Shown: positions 19,201 to 27,918 of the stretch, one piece after another
How the letters are laid out: every line of letters begins with the position of its first letter
How positions within the stretch are numbered: position 1 is the stretch's first letter
Source: a virus
Taxonomy: Duplodnaviria > Heunggongvirae > Uroviricota > Caudoviricetes
Virus record (IMG/VR): IMGVR_UViG_3300035497_000275
Coordinates: 64,001 to 123,954 of that record
Direction: 5' to 3' (one strand)
Length of the DNA: 59,954 nt
The notes under the pieces: generated by a model
Told to the model about the DNA's origin: nothing
Seen by the model: only the letters and a program-made list of their open reading frames with translations
Database searches by the model: none
Program-made: the position numbers and the translations under genes

Positions 19201-22023
19201 TTGCAGAAGTCGATTAGTACGTTAAAAGGCAAAACGGTTACTTTGACTGTTGATGTTAAACGTAAAAGCAGTATTTTGGGTAGTCTTTTCGGTTATGCGA
19301 GTGGTACAAAGGGTGCGCCCGGTGGTGAGTCTTTAGTTGGCGAGGAAGGCGAAGAACTGATTCAGTCAGGTGATCGTGCTTATTTGGCTGGTACAAATGG
19401 CCCGGAAATCGTTGATTTGGATAAGGGTGACGTTGTTTATACCGCTGAAGAAACCAAGAAAATTAAGCGTGATTCTAAACTGGTTCGTGGTGTTGTTCCC
19501 GCTTTTGCTGGCGGCACAATCAATACTAAAAAGAAATATGATTCTGTACTTTCTACATCTACATCGACAGCTTCTACTACGGCAAGTTCAGTACAGGCCA
19601 CAGTGGATGCAACAAAAGACCTTGAGGAAGAATTAGAAGATACCCTAAAGGAAATGCAAGAAACTATTGATGAAATCATTGATAATTTCGAGCATACTTT
19701 GTTCCTTATGGAACATAACGGCGCAAGTAATGACGATATGATCAAAGTCTATCAGCAGATGCAACAATCTGTACACGATCAGGCTGAAGCATATCGAAAA
19801 TTGGGTTTGGACGAAAATTCAGACTATATTCAGGACTTGCAGGAACAGTGGTGGGACTACTACGACAAAATCAAGGAACTGAATATTGAAACCTATGAAT
19901 CGGCGGTTAGTGAGTACGAAAATGCTATTACATTGACTGAAAACTGGCTGAATAATGCCATTTCCGATCATGATTATGATGGGATTGTGCAGTATACCTC
20001 CGATACAGTTGCCTATTATAAGGCAATGCAGGAGAAGATTCATGAGGAAGCGGAATACTACCGTTCTCTTGGATATTCGGATACCAGTGATGAAGTCAGT
20101 AAGTTGTCTGATTTGTGGTGGGACTACTACGACAAAATCAAGAACGCCTCTGCTGATGCGTGGCAAGAAATTCTTGATGATTCCAGCAGCGCAGTCGATC
20201 AAATCACTGGACTGTATGATACGCTGAAAGATGCGGCACAGGATTATGCTGAAAACGGCAATATCTCTGTCAGTATTTTGCAGGATATTTTGTCCTATGG
20301 CGTTCAGTATCTTGCCTACTTGCAGGATGAAAATGGGCAGTTGGTTATCAATGAAGAAAATATCCAAAAGGTAATTGCCGCCCGGACAGAACAGTTGGCA
20401 CTTGAAAACGCATTGAGTTATATCCAGCAGATTCGTGTTGCAATGGAGAACAATGACATTGCGACTTTGAATAATCTGCTTTATGCAACTGAAACCACAA
20501 CGAGCGCAACGTGGGATTTGGTTTATGCACAGTTGCAATTGCTTGGTTTGGATGATGACGCATATAATGCAGCAGTTAGCCGTATCAATGCGCTTCGTAC
20601 TTTGACAGATTCAGCAGTCAGTAGTATTGGGCGTGTGGATAGTGCTGTGAAGGAATCTTTACAGGAAACGTCTGACGCTTTAGATGACATTCTGAAATAT
20701 GTTGAAGAAATGATCAAGCAGGAAGTTCAAAACCAGATTGATGCTCTTGAGGATCAAATCGACAGTTATAAGGAAATTGTTGACTTGCAGAAAAAGTCAC
20801 TGGCCTTAGAACAGAAAAAGGATTCTTACACAAAGAGTATCAAAGAAAAGACGGAAGAACTTGCTGAAATTCAAAAGCAACTCGCATTGTTAGAACTGGA
20901 TGATAGTCGGGAGTCTATTGCAAAGCAAACGGAACTTCGGCAGCAGATGGCGGAAATTTCTGAAGATTTGGCTGATAAGCAAGCCGATTACGCTTATGAT
21001 GCAACCAGTGATATGCTTGACGATATGGCGGATGCTTATGAAGCAGAAAAGAAAGATGAAATTTCTGTTCTGGAAGATAGTATCTCGTCTGAGGAAAAGT
21101 TGTATCAACTGGCTATTAATCGGATCAACAATGAGTGGGATAGTCTTTATCAGGACTTGATTGATTGGAACTATGAATATGGTTCAAATACGGAAGAAGA
21201 ACTGACTTCCGCATGGGCGGCAGCAAGTCAAGCTGTGCAGGAATACGGTAGTTATCTGAATGCCGTAGCACAGACACAGGCTCAGTTGTCGGCAATAGAT
21301 ACAAGTTCTGTTACCACCGTTGGGACTACAACAGATTACGATACAAGCGGCAGCACTACGCTTTCACGGGTGAAGTCTATTGTTCGTGAAATGAAAGAAA
21401 ATTCTGAGGCACATCATTCTGCTGATGCGGCAGGAAAGAAAAAACTAAATCAAGCAAACCTTGATTTAGGTGCTGAATTGCAATCCCTGATTGGACGTGT
21501 TGTGGTTCGTGGTGATGATGGTGTCTGGTATCTGGACAAGGTTGGCGGCGCACAGTTGTACGCTACTTATCCGTACAGTACATATCATACTGGCGGCGTT
21601 GTTGGTGATGACGATGATCTACACCACAATGAAGTTCTGGCGAAGTTGGAGAAACGAGAACTTGTTTTAACCGAAGAACAGCAAGGCCAGATTGCCGAGG
21701 CATTGGATTTCACAGATACTATGTTCGGTAAATATGGTTCTGATTTGTTCAAAGCAATTCAGAGTTATGGCGGTTCTACTCCGCAGACACAAGTGCAGGA
21801 TATTGTATCAAAGGATACAAAACAGGCGCAAAATGTTGTTAATAATTCTGGCGGCGACAATTATCAGATTGATGTTCCTGTTCAGGTATATCCGTTGCAG
21901 AAACTTGATGATTCTGAAATCAAGGAATTGACAAGCAAGATCGGAACATCGACCATTGAACGAGTCAACGAAATGTTCTATAAAAATGGTATGACAAGTA
22001 CAAGGGCAAAATTAAAACCATAA
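13243..22023 (+). CDS. Tail tape measure protein (2926 aa)
   Basis: Very long helical protein; TP901-type core (LNTAMVELRKVT...DSAGSAMEEQ); late YASGTKGAPGG and YHTGG motifs; synteny. Confidence 0.92.
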   Translation: MAADGKIVLGLDISKSTSEITSGLNGILDNLGTKQIIIKTAIEKAETEKSINSLMTEINSQTAEIGIQVDEKDISKVLSQQQKIASVQNELIQQMEKYKQAASDAGLTLSKVNTDAFEKAINTQSFDAAKESIRAVKKEIEQFNQDVKTMNDDFKLDIDITSIKSKIQSLKTSSSEVTSLLSKLETAEKNYNNATTTSSKLDAYKQLRQVIAELTANYSSLKQAESASSSDAGIQQKIANARTYLKVLQETYKELGDSSASKALTKSIEELEAALNSVGKDTSAGELSKIWDEITTKIAAAKRAVTEYKTEQSNFSQQNSALDSIIKKLEQISSYELFPDTSTDFGSKLNEQLQSLLNKAQELQTAFKNVDSTDTETIKNLQSQLEQLKKDFADIVTETNRFGSNTAWDKFKQKVDSAIKSVEEYDQKYSAIKGNPDLVQQLEKLKEMAKSITTEADLTSFNRQFAEFDKQVQSCGLHTKSLSDRFAEAFKNFSYFFSASRMIYQLISSLKEMVSNVIDLNTAMVELRKVTEATDQEFNTFLESAKSNAVELGSTVTDLVNATADFSRLGYSLSDAEELGKIATIYLNVGDDVDDISQATTSLVSTMKGFGIEAEDAMSIIDKFNEVGNNFAISSGGIGDALQRSAASLAAANNSIDESIALIVAANNVIQDPETVGTMWKTVAMRIRGATTELEAAGLETDGMAKSTSDLRDQIMALTDIDGSGGFDIMADEETFKSTYDIILGIGEVWQDIADVDQAALLELLAGKRQGNALAAALTNLEDLQSALETSADSAGSAMEEQEIWLESLEAKINQFQAAFESLSSAVFSDDFLGFWIDRGTDLIQILEAIIEKCGGMGNTLTLLISIIALLNISSTTKLVTTLFQKLSTGFGVITKVTDGFQLLKTAWAEGKSAGGGFISTLKGTSTALYGTQAAATVATIAITALVAIIAIAVAAYKNYQQKLQEQRDAAIEAAQAQYEEEQELRDLLAAYDDADSAYTDDADAKATLESATDSLLAKLGYEEDAVDGLITKYGDLDTALRTISIDQLKEDLGTYLNGLAGAEGNLLNHIKDGWTSSYSVISGLGNETAQILNDAGLVSSSSFGTNYAIYLGDNSTIEGALEMYQHLLDMKAELTQAVLDGKISSEDLNNDDLWNDINAKLNDMQDYVEAYQEYLGYVNDTAAAIQIETELLDRNVPKTVDEYNQLRQDMIDEALNSDVFIGSEDDIVSAIDSYMQKNFSTLEGIAAYEEKLATEIQQKKSEIIKAYSKSDDIQDSSWKDAEKKLQEFNDYIDGLSNSKVELAYDLVVNTNIDSLDELKTAIEASDITDLSSEKLKEYQQIYDDYKKVVSESRLLGVDLSNTIYGNIDTNNRQILEWTDENLATYQSAIESWGSTIDELRGSFSTVFGGSEEFDGVEIAFSPILQTENGAVLLDKDTVYEYIYGLIDEAGENWTSEDLLRLDTEGLEMDGQVVKNLLADIGETAIWTGEAMHFTGDTGAVTDAYSALSDAADEAGVSVEALIYYLQHSSGQFGIIAGNIKKSLTELWSSDDFADTKTSIIEMANTLDGINVNNIDSLVDSSADLAAILDEDGMNAKFLAHILQTEAMGGDGFALITEDALTLNSALEGLKTQFQDVTDAKSRYDEAMSVDEKDTDFKSYAEAFEELNDQFVAGTTNSNAFWAAAEFLFGSDQLQEWGWSDGLDEIYEAMKKNVAIFEDADSAGAGFLDRLYELSEAGEIKADDGTVIATIEKLADGSYDFNFDSENLDLLADKMGITKEAALACMEALSMYGDFQFYDIEAVMNAVEQIGLASDSIDGTAVNVETLTDQLISLGYTNKEIYDLLQVLQQVDGVTLLDAEANVDDLVQSLNDLGLAVGDGVDITVNADALSELMSQLNYTKEDTEGLITKLGEADNITLTNAQGQVIELNDALDNLNNYDFATVTDDVNGLNDSLEETDDADMTSVTSELDGIKSSAELAQESVDELQKSISTLKGKTVTLTVDVKRKSSILGSLFGYASGTKGAPGGESLVGEEGEELIQSGDRAYLAGTNGPEIVDLDKGDVVYTAEETKKIKRDSKLVRGVVPAFAGGTINTKKKYDSVLSTSTSTASTTASSVQATVDATKDLEEELEDTLKEMQETIDEIIDNFEHTLFLMEHNGASNDDMIKVYQQMQQSVHDQAEAYRKLGLDENSDYIQDLQEQWWDYYDKIKELNIETYESAVSEYENAITLTENWLNNAISDHDYDGIVQYTSDTVAYYKAMQEKIHEEAEYYRSLGYSDTSDEVSKLSDLWWDYYDKIKNASADAWQEILDDSSSAVDQITGLYDTLKDAAQDYAENGNISVSILQDILSYGVQYLAYLQDENGQLVINEENIQKVIAARTEQLALENALSYIQQIRVAMENNDIATLNNLLYATETTTSATWDLVYAQLQLLGLDDDAYNAAVSRINALRTLTDSAVSSIGRVDSAVKESLQETSDALDDILKYVEEMIKQEVQNQIDALEDQIDSYKEIVDLQKKSLALEQKKDSYTKSIKEKTEELAEIQKQLALLELDDSRESIAKQTELRQQMAEISEDLADKQADYAYDATSDMLDDMADAYEAEKKDEISVLEDSISSEEKLYQLAINRINNEWDSLYQDLIDWNYEYGSNTEEELTSAWAAASQAVQEYGSYLNAVAQTQAQLSAIDTSSVTTVGTTTDYDTSGSTTLSRVKSIVREMKENSEAHHSADAAGKKKLNQANLDLGAELQSLIGRVVVRGDDGVWYLDKVGGAQLYATYPYSTYHTGGVVGDDDDLHHNEVLAKLEKRELVLTEEQQGQIAEALDFTDTMFGKYGSDLFKAIQSYGGSTPQTQVQDIVSKDTKQAQNVVNNSGGDNYQIDVPVQVYPLQKLDDSEIKELTSKIGTSTIERVNEMFYKNGMTSTRAKLKP
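19848..20142 (+). repeat. Perfect 28-nt direct repeat inside the tape measure gene (19848-19875 and 20115-20142)
   Basis: GTGGTGGGACTACTACGACAAAATCAAG occurs twice, 267 nt (89 codons) apart, in frame (WWDYYDKIK). Confidence 0.92.
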
Positions 22024-22025
22024 TT

Positions 22026-22058
22026 ATAGGGGGATGAGATTTATTCTCATTCCCCTAT
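22026..22058 (+). terminator. Hairpin after the tape measure gene
   Basis: ATAGGGGGATGAGA-tttat-TCTCATTCCCCTAT (14 bp with one G-U); weak U tract. Confidence 0.6.
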
Positions 22059-22084
22059 TATGATAAAAGAAAGGAGGTCATACT

Positions 22085-25000
22085 TTGGTCATTGATTTTT
22101 CAAAAATTGATTTGAGAAAACGTCCGAATTTCATTGTTCGGAATTTTGACGGAAATGCGATTGGTGTTTTATCGCAGATTTTAGAACCAACTGCTGATAT
22201 AAAATACAACGAATTATCAGAAATCAGTTTTGATTATCCGTCACAAGTAAATGGCGAAGAATTAAGCGAATATGATCTTCTGACTGGTATGCGTATTATT
22301 GATGTTCAAGGTTTTGGGCAATTCATTTTGCGAAATCCATCTGAAACAGATGATGGTGTTGTGAAAATGAAATCATGCAAGGGTTATTCATTGGAATATG
22401 AGTTCAGCAACAAAACTTTGACATTGGAAGAAAGCACATATAATTTCTGGAATCCATTATCTCCAGATAGTACAATCGTTGGAATTATTATGTCCGAAAT
22501 GCCGTCTTGGAGTATCGGTACAATTTCAACTGATTTGATTGGTAAGTATCGTACTTTCAGTGTAGATAATCAAAACATCTATGATTTTATCAAATCTACA
22601 TTGCAGGAAACATATGAATGTGTGTTTGAATTTGATACTTATAATCGTAAAGTCAATATTCGCAGTATGAGTTCTGCGGTTAGCAAGAAACCAGTTTATA
22701 TTTCTACGTCAAATTTGGCGAAAGAAATTGAGATTGAAGAAAATCTTGATGATTTAGTTACTGTGTTGGATGTTAGCGGCGCAGATGGTGTTGATATCCG
22801 AAGTGTAAATCCGATGGGTACGAACAAAATCTACAATTTAGATTCGTTCATGAATACGAACTATTTTTCATCCAGCATGATTGCGAAATGGAAAAATTGG
22901 AAAGCAGCTTATGATAGTTACCAGACAACGTATTATAACTTGGTCGTGGCACAAAATATGTTGATTTCTCAGTATACCACCGAGTATGCGGCGTTGGGTG
23001 ATTTGCAAGGAGAATTATCTACTCTGGAAGCGAAAAAGGCCACACTGATTCAGGCGGTTGCAATTGACAGTTCGCAACAGTCGAATTTGAATACAACTAA
23101 TTCCGAAATTACTGCAAAGAACAAAGAGATTACGGTGCAGAATAATAAATTGACACAGATTAATTCACAACTTTCTAATTATACGGCGCAGTTAAAGAAA
23201 ATCAATGAAGCAACTGCATTTTCTGCATTTGGATTTTCTGAATCAGAATTGAAACTTCTTGATCGGTATTTCATCTGTGGTTCATTGACTGACAGCACAT
23301 TTGTTGCGAATAGTGTGAATAGTTATTCTACGGATTCTGATGTTGTTCGTGATTTCTCTGCTATTTTTAATTTGACGAATTTGACAACATTGGAAAAGGC
23401 CAATTACACAAGCGATATTACGTTCTATACGGTTCGTGGTGGTTCTATTGCAGAAAACAGTACCGCATTACAGTTAAATGCAGAAATTGTCAATGGCACA
23501 TTGCAAGTCAACAGTGACAATACGTTTGTTATGTCATTGTATTTAAATGCTGGTTCTATCAATGGTGATAGTTTCCCAAGTGGAACATTATCTTTGACAG
23601 GCACTTTGCGGAGCAATGTTGTGACTACATCGAATACATTGCAGTTTGCCACTTCCACAACTACGGCCTACATGACTTATGAGGTCAGTGAGTACCAGCG
23701 CATGGCTGTTGCATGGGATTTGTACAATTACGGCAAGGAAACATTGGAACAGTTGTCCTCCCCTACTTACAGTTTTGACATTGAAAGTATCAATTTCTTT
23801 GCGCTGGATGATTTTGTGGAGTTCGCAAAGAACTTCGTGTTGGGTGAGAAAATCTATCTGGAAACCAGCATGGGCGTGTTGACTCCGATTGCAGTCGGAG
23901 TTTCTATTGACTTTGATGATCTATCAAAGTTGGAATTGGAGTTTGGCAGCACATTCACATCATCTGATGCGGATTTCACGCTGAAAGATTTACTGCAAGA
24001 TTCTGTATCGTTGGGTAAGTCGTTAGACTTCAATCAATATAATTACAGTAGTTTCGTCAGCAGCGGCGCACAGACACAGGTTAAGGATTTTATGGAGTCT
24101 GCCATTAACACAATGAAGAATATGATCTTGTCTGGTAAGAATAACGAGGTCACAATTGACGAAGCTGGTCTGCGTTGCCGAAAGTATGATGAATCGACTG
24201 GCACATATAGTCCAAAGCAAATCTGGATCGCAAACAACGCTATCATGTTTACAGATGATAATTGGGACAATGCGACAATTGGTATTGGCGAATTCGTGGA
24301 TAAGAACTTAGGTTCTCTCTATGGCATTGTCACTCCTGCGCTGGTCGGAACAATTCTGGCTGGCAGTAACTTGATTATCGAAAGCGAAAAGCAGGACGGC
24401 GGCGTTGCGGTATTTAAGATGGATGGTGAGGGTGCTTCCCTACACAATGCTTCGTTTAATTTATATGGAACGACTGGCGGACGTATTGACTTAGGTTCGA
24501 CTTTTGGTATTGTGGCTGGAACAGATAAAGATAATTTATTCTCGTACTCAAAAGGTGTTGCGACAGGTGTTAAAACCACAAAAGGAAAATCTGTTGTCAG
24601 TATCTCGAAATTGGATTCTGGTGATTCTCCTGTTGCTTCGTTTTGGTTGGATATGAATGGTGCGGCCTATTTTAAAGGAACGGTTTATGCTACTGATGGC
24701 GAATTTACTGGAAAGGTAACAGCGACAAGCGGTGAATTTACTGGAAAAATTACTGCTACAAGTGGTACTTTTACCGGGACTGTTAAAGGTGCAAGTTTTC
24801 AAACATCAAATGGAACTAACATGATGACAGATAACAAATGGGACGCTGAATATTTGAATTTAAAAGGATTAAATATCAATGATAAATTCAAAATCGACCA
24901 AAATGGCAATGTTACAATTACAGGAGGTTCCATTAGTTGGAGTGCAGTTACGGGAACAAAAGATTTAACAGATAGCATTGCTGCTGCTAAATCTGCTGCC

Positions 25001-25402
25001 GATAGTGCGGCAAGCGATGCTTCTGATGCTTATGACGCAGCCACAAGTGCTTCTTCTTTAGCAAATAAAATAGCTAATGGTACTTATAAAAATGGTACTT
25101 TCATAAACGGAACAGAAATTTATAGTCCTACTATTTATTCTGATAAATTTGTTGTTATGCCAAGAAATACTGCGAATAGTGGTAATTGGAATGGTGGTTA
25201 TTCTATGTATGGCTACTATGGTTCAAGACTTTATGAAATGTTACTTATTAGCTATTATCAAGGTGATGCTCCATATGTTGTTTTTTCAAGTCCTTGTGGT
25301 GGATATGCAAGTTGGAATTTCGGTTGGACTGCTTTTAACGGAACTTTAGATTTTAGTGGTGCAACCGTATATGGTTTAAGTTTAACAGCAAAATTCGGAT
25401 AA
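22085..25402 (+). CDS. Tail hub/Tal-like protein with coiled coil and C-terminal beta-repeat spike
   Basis: N-terminal hub-like region, central coiled coil, tandem GEFTGKVTATS/GEFTGKITATS/GTFTGTV repeats at about 24700-24785. Confidence 0.7.
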   Translation: MVIDFSKIDLRKRPNFIVRNFDGNAIGVLSQILEPTADIKYNELSEISFDYPSQVNGEELSEYDLLTGMRIIDVQGFGQFILRNPSETDDGVVKMKSCKGYSLEYEFSNKTLTLEESTYNFWNPLSPDSTIVGIIMSEMPSWSIGTISTDLIGKYRTFSVDNQNIYDFIKSTLQETYECVFEFDTYNRKVNIRSMSSAVSKKPVYISTSNLAKEIEIEENLDDLVTVLDVSGADGVDIRSVNPMGTNKIYNLDSFMNTNYFSSSMIAKWKNWKAAYDSYQTTYYNLVVAQNMLISQYTTEYAALGDLQGELSTLEAKKATLIQAVAIDSSQQSNLNTTNSEITAKNKEITVQNNKLTQINSQLSNYTAQLKKINEATAFSAFGFSESELKLLDRYFICGSLTDSTFVANSVNSYSTDSDVVRDFSAIFNLTNLTTLEKANYTSDITFYTVRGGSIAENSTALQLNAEIVNGTLQVNSDNTFVMSLYLNAGSINGDSFPSGTLSLTGTLRSNVVTTSNTLQFATSTTTAYMTYEVSEYQRMAVAWDLYNYGKETLEQLSSPTYSFDIESINFFALDDFVEFAKNFVLGEKIYLETSMGVLTPIAVGVSIDFDDLSKLELEFGSTFTSSDADFTLKDLLQDSVSLGKSLDFNQYNYSSFVSSGAQTQVKDFMESAINTMKNMILSGKNNEVTIDEAGLRCRKYDESTGTYSPKQIWIANNAIMFTDDNWDNATIGIGEFVDKNLGSLYGIVTPALVGTILAGSNLIIESEKQDGGVAVFKMDGEGASLHNASFNLYGTTGGRIDLGSTFGIVAGTDKDNLFSYSKGVATGVKTTKGKSVVSISKLDSGDSPVASFWLDMNGAAYFKGTVYATDGEFTGKVTATSGEFTGKITATSGTFTGTVKGASFQTSNGTNMMTDNKWDAEYLNLKGLNINDKFKIDQNGNVTITGGSISWSAVTGTKDLTDSIAAAKSAADSAASDASDAYDAATSASSLANKIANGTYKNGTFINGTEIYSPTIYSDKFVVMPRNTANSGNWNGGYSMYGYYGSRLYEMLLISYYQGDAPYVVFSSPCGGYASWNFGWTAFNGTLDFSGATVYGLSLTAKFG

Positions 25403-25413
25403 GGCGGTGATCT

Positions 25414-26049
25414 ATGGCATCTTTCAGTATACAGTCATATACAGATACTTCTGTTACAATTAAAGTAACAGGAATAACGAAAAACCAGACTGTTCGATTT
25501 TATGTGCGAATTAATCCGGGTTCTACTGCTTATGTTGATAAAACTTATACTGCAACAAGTACAACTATGACTAAGACATTATCAGGTCTTAGTGAAAGTA
25601 CAAGTTATGCTTGCAATGTTCAAATTGACGGTGATGGATGGATTGGTACACAATACTTTACGACTGATGAATCTACGGCATCAGTTGATCCTTGGGATTG
25701 GGACTCTTCAAATGGTAACGCAACAGCATCACAAACAAAATCTGCTTATAAAGCAATTACAAACAATGGAAATGTAAGTGATTTTTCATATCTTGTGTGG
25801 AATGATATGGTCGATAAAGTAAAAGAAGTTCTTGATGCTAATGGCGATTCTTGGAATGAAAAATATGCAACTTATGCAAATACAAGAATGAGTTCTTCAA
25901 GCAAAACTTTAACTGCTGCGAAATTTAATTCTTTAAGATACAATGTCGGGCTTCATGTATCAACTGGAATTAGCGAAGTAAGTAAAGGAGATATTGTATA
26001 CGGATGGTATTTCACAACAATTATGAACTGTATTAATAAATACATATAA
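25414..26049 (+). CDS. Minor tail protein with N-terminal FN3-like domain
   Basis: TDTSVTIKV...LSGLSESTSYACNV resembles an FN3 domain. Confidence 0.55.
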   Translation: MASFSIQSYTDTSVTIKVTGITKNQTVRFYVRINPGSTAYVDKTYTATSTTMTKTLSGLSESTSYACNVQIDGDGWIGTQYFTTDESTASVDPWDWDSSNGNATASQTKSAYKAITNNGNVSDFSYLVWNDMVDKVKEVLDANGDSWNEKYATYANTRMSSSSKTLTAAKFNSLRYNVGLHVSTGISEVSKGDIVYGWYFTTIMNCINKYI

Positions 26050-26059
26050 GGAGATTTAT

Positions 26060-26245
26060 ATGGATAAAAATGAAGTTTGTCAAAGAATCAGTGCAGTTTT
26101 AAAAACACTTGACACTGGTATTTCTGTAACTGGCGCACAAAACGCTGGCAATCTTGCTGGATGTTTTGCAATTTTAAATGAAACGCTTGAATTTCTTGCA
26201 AATTGTGATATTATGCCAATTACAGAGAAAAAGACTGAAGAATAA
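26060..26245 (+). CDS. Hypothetical protein (61 aa)
   Basis: SD AAGGAG; fills the gap between neighbouring genes. Confidence 0.55.
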   Translation: MDKNEVCQRISAVLKTLDTGISVTGAQNAGNLAGCFAILNETLEFLANCDIMPITEKKTEE

Positions 26246-26266
26246 AAAAGAAAGCGAGGTGAGTAG

Positions 26267-27079
26267 ATGGGGTTTATTGCAAAACGGTTTTCGTTTAATC
26301 GAATTCCTTGTGAACAGTACGGAATGAGAATTTACGATATTAATGGTAACAATAATGAAGCTACTCCCTTTGCAAGTGCAGGAGAATTGCAAACAGATGT
26401 TATTCCGTCTAAAGGGCGGAATTTTTTATATGGTCGTACTTATGACGATCCATTGGAATTCAAATTGGTATTTGGGTTAGAACCATTGTTACTTAATATG
26501 AATGAACATTTAGATCGTTACGAAATGGATGCAATCGCAAATTGGTTGACTGGGACTGATACATACCAATGGCTTGAAATTGAACAGCCAGATTTGGAAA
26601 TGATTCGATATCATTGTGTAATTAGTGACTTACAGCCAATCCAAATTTCATGGTTGCCGTGGGCATTTATGGCGACCATTACTTGTGATTCTCCATATGG
26701 ATATATGTTCCCACAGAAATTTAGTTATTCGTGCAATGGAAACACAAACATTAATTTAATCAGTCGTTCTACAATTCACAAATTATATTATCCAAAGCTG
26801 ACTATTCAGTTGAATGGTAGTAATGATATTTCAATTATGAATCAATCATGTGATAATACAGAGTTGAAATTCACTGGACTTCCAAAGAATTATTTTATGA
26901 CAATTACAATTGATAATGATTTGGGGAAAATTATTTCATCTGATGAGACATATCCAAATTTATATCAATATTGTAATTTCACTTGGCTTCCACTGAAACG
27001 TGGAATGAATAAAATTAAAGTAACTGGTTCTTGCAATTTGGATTTTGTTTGTGAGTTTCCTGTTAATTATGGAGGGTAA
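26267..27079 (+). CDS. Distal tail protein (Dit-like)
   Basis: FSFNRIPCEQYGM start, ATITCDSPYGY, WLPLKRGMNKIKVTG: typical siphophage Dit signature. Confidence 0.75.
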   Translation: MGFIAKRFSFNRIPCEQYGMRIYDINGNNNEATPFASAGELQTDVIPSKGRNFLYGRTYDDPLEFKLVFGLEPLLLNMNEHLDRYEMDAIANWLTGTDTYQWLEIEQPDLEMIRYHCVISDLQPIQISWLPWAFMATITCDSPYGYMFPQKFSYSCNGNTNINLISRSTIHKLYYPKLTIQLNGSNDISIMNQSCDNTELKFTGLPKNYFMTITIDNDLGKIISSDETYPNLYQYCNFTWLPLKRGMNKIKVTGSCNLDFVCEFPVNYGG

Positions 27080-27081
27080 TT

Positions 27082-27456
27082 ATGAGGCAAGATATTTATA
27101 CTTTACCAGAAATCGTCTTTGTTTCAGGCCAGTCTAATACCCTTCGTTGGAGATTATTTACTATGGCGAATGTGCCATATAATGCGGACGGGTGTACGGG
27201 TAATTTTGCTGTTGTAGATTATTCCGATCAGACTGGTGAACCGTTAATTTCAAAGCCGCTGTCATTTACTATTGGTGATGATGATACAAGTGCAAAGAAT
27301 GTTGCATATGTGGATTTAGAACCGAATGACACTTTGGGATTATACGGAAAATACATTTATCAAATCACTATCAAAGATGTTGACGGAGAAGTAGAAATTC
27401 CAAATCAAGGGTTTTTACAAATCACGCACAATATCAATGAAAGTTTTTTGAAATAA
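27082..27456 (+). CDS. BppU N-terminal-like baseplate protein
   Basis: 124 aa; AYVDLEPNDTLGLYGKYIYQITI pattern. Confidence 0.55.
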   Translation: MRQDIYTLPEIVFVSGQSNTLRWRLFTMANVPYNADGCTGNFAVVDYSDQTGEPLISKPLSFTIGDDDTSAKNVAYVDLEPNDTLGLYGKYIYQITIKDVDGEVEIPNQGFLQITHNINESFLK

Positions 27457-27497
27457 CGATATATACAAATTCTTTAAGAAAGTGAGGTTTATGCAGG

Positions 27498-27899
27498 ATG
27501 ACTTCTACATATTTTTTGAACTGTATTATGGGCAATGTTTTTCAGACAAAGAAAAGTCCCGGTTTGCCTGATAAGGTCTATCTTGGTTTGAGTTCTTCTG
27601 CGCCGAGTGTAGACGGTTCTGGAGTTTCTGAACCTTTGACTTCTGCTGGTTATGCACGAGTTGAATTGACTTCGTTGAGCCAGCCAAGTAATGGCGTGAT
27701 CACCAATGAATCTGAGGTAGCTTTCCCTGAGAGTTCTGCAAGTTGGGGTACTATGACACACTTTGTTGTGTATGATAGTCCAGTAAATGGCAACTTGCTT
27801 ATGTACAATAGTTTGTCACAGGCTCGTAGTGTTGAAACTGCGACCATTGTTATGGTTAAGGCAGGAAGTTTGAAGTTGACTTTGGCAAATCCGTCCTAA
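27498..27899 (+). CDS. Minor tail/fibre-associated protein
   Basis: VYLGLSSSAP...GYARV...NESEVAFPESSASWGTMTHFVVYD...GNLL pattern seen in phage tail proteins. Confidence 0.6.
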   Translation: MTSTYFLNCIMGNVFQTKKSPGLPDKVYLGLSSSAPSVDGSGVSEPLTSAGYARVELTSLSQPSNGVITNESEVAFPESSASWGTMTHFVVYDSPVNGNLLMYNSLSQARSVETATIVMVKAGSLKLTLANPS

Positions 27900-27918
27900 A
27901 TGAACAGACAGAAAGTAG

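Noticed and set aside
19848-20142. Tape-measure TGGTGG-GACTACTACGAC repeat as a second DGR VR/TR pair
   Set aside because: The copies are identical, only 28 nt, mid-gene, and share only TGGTGG with the TR.
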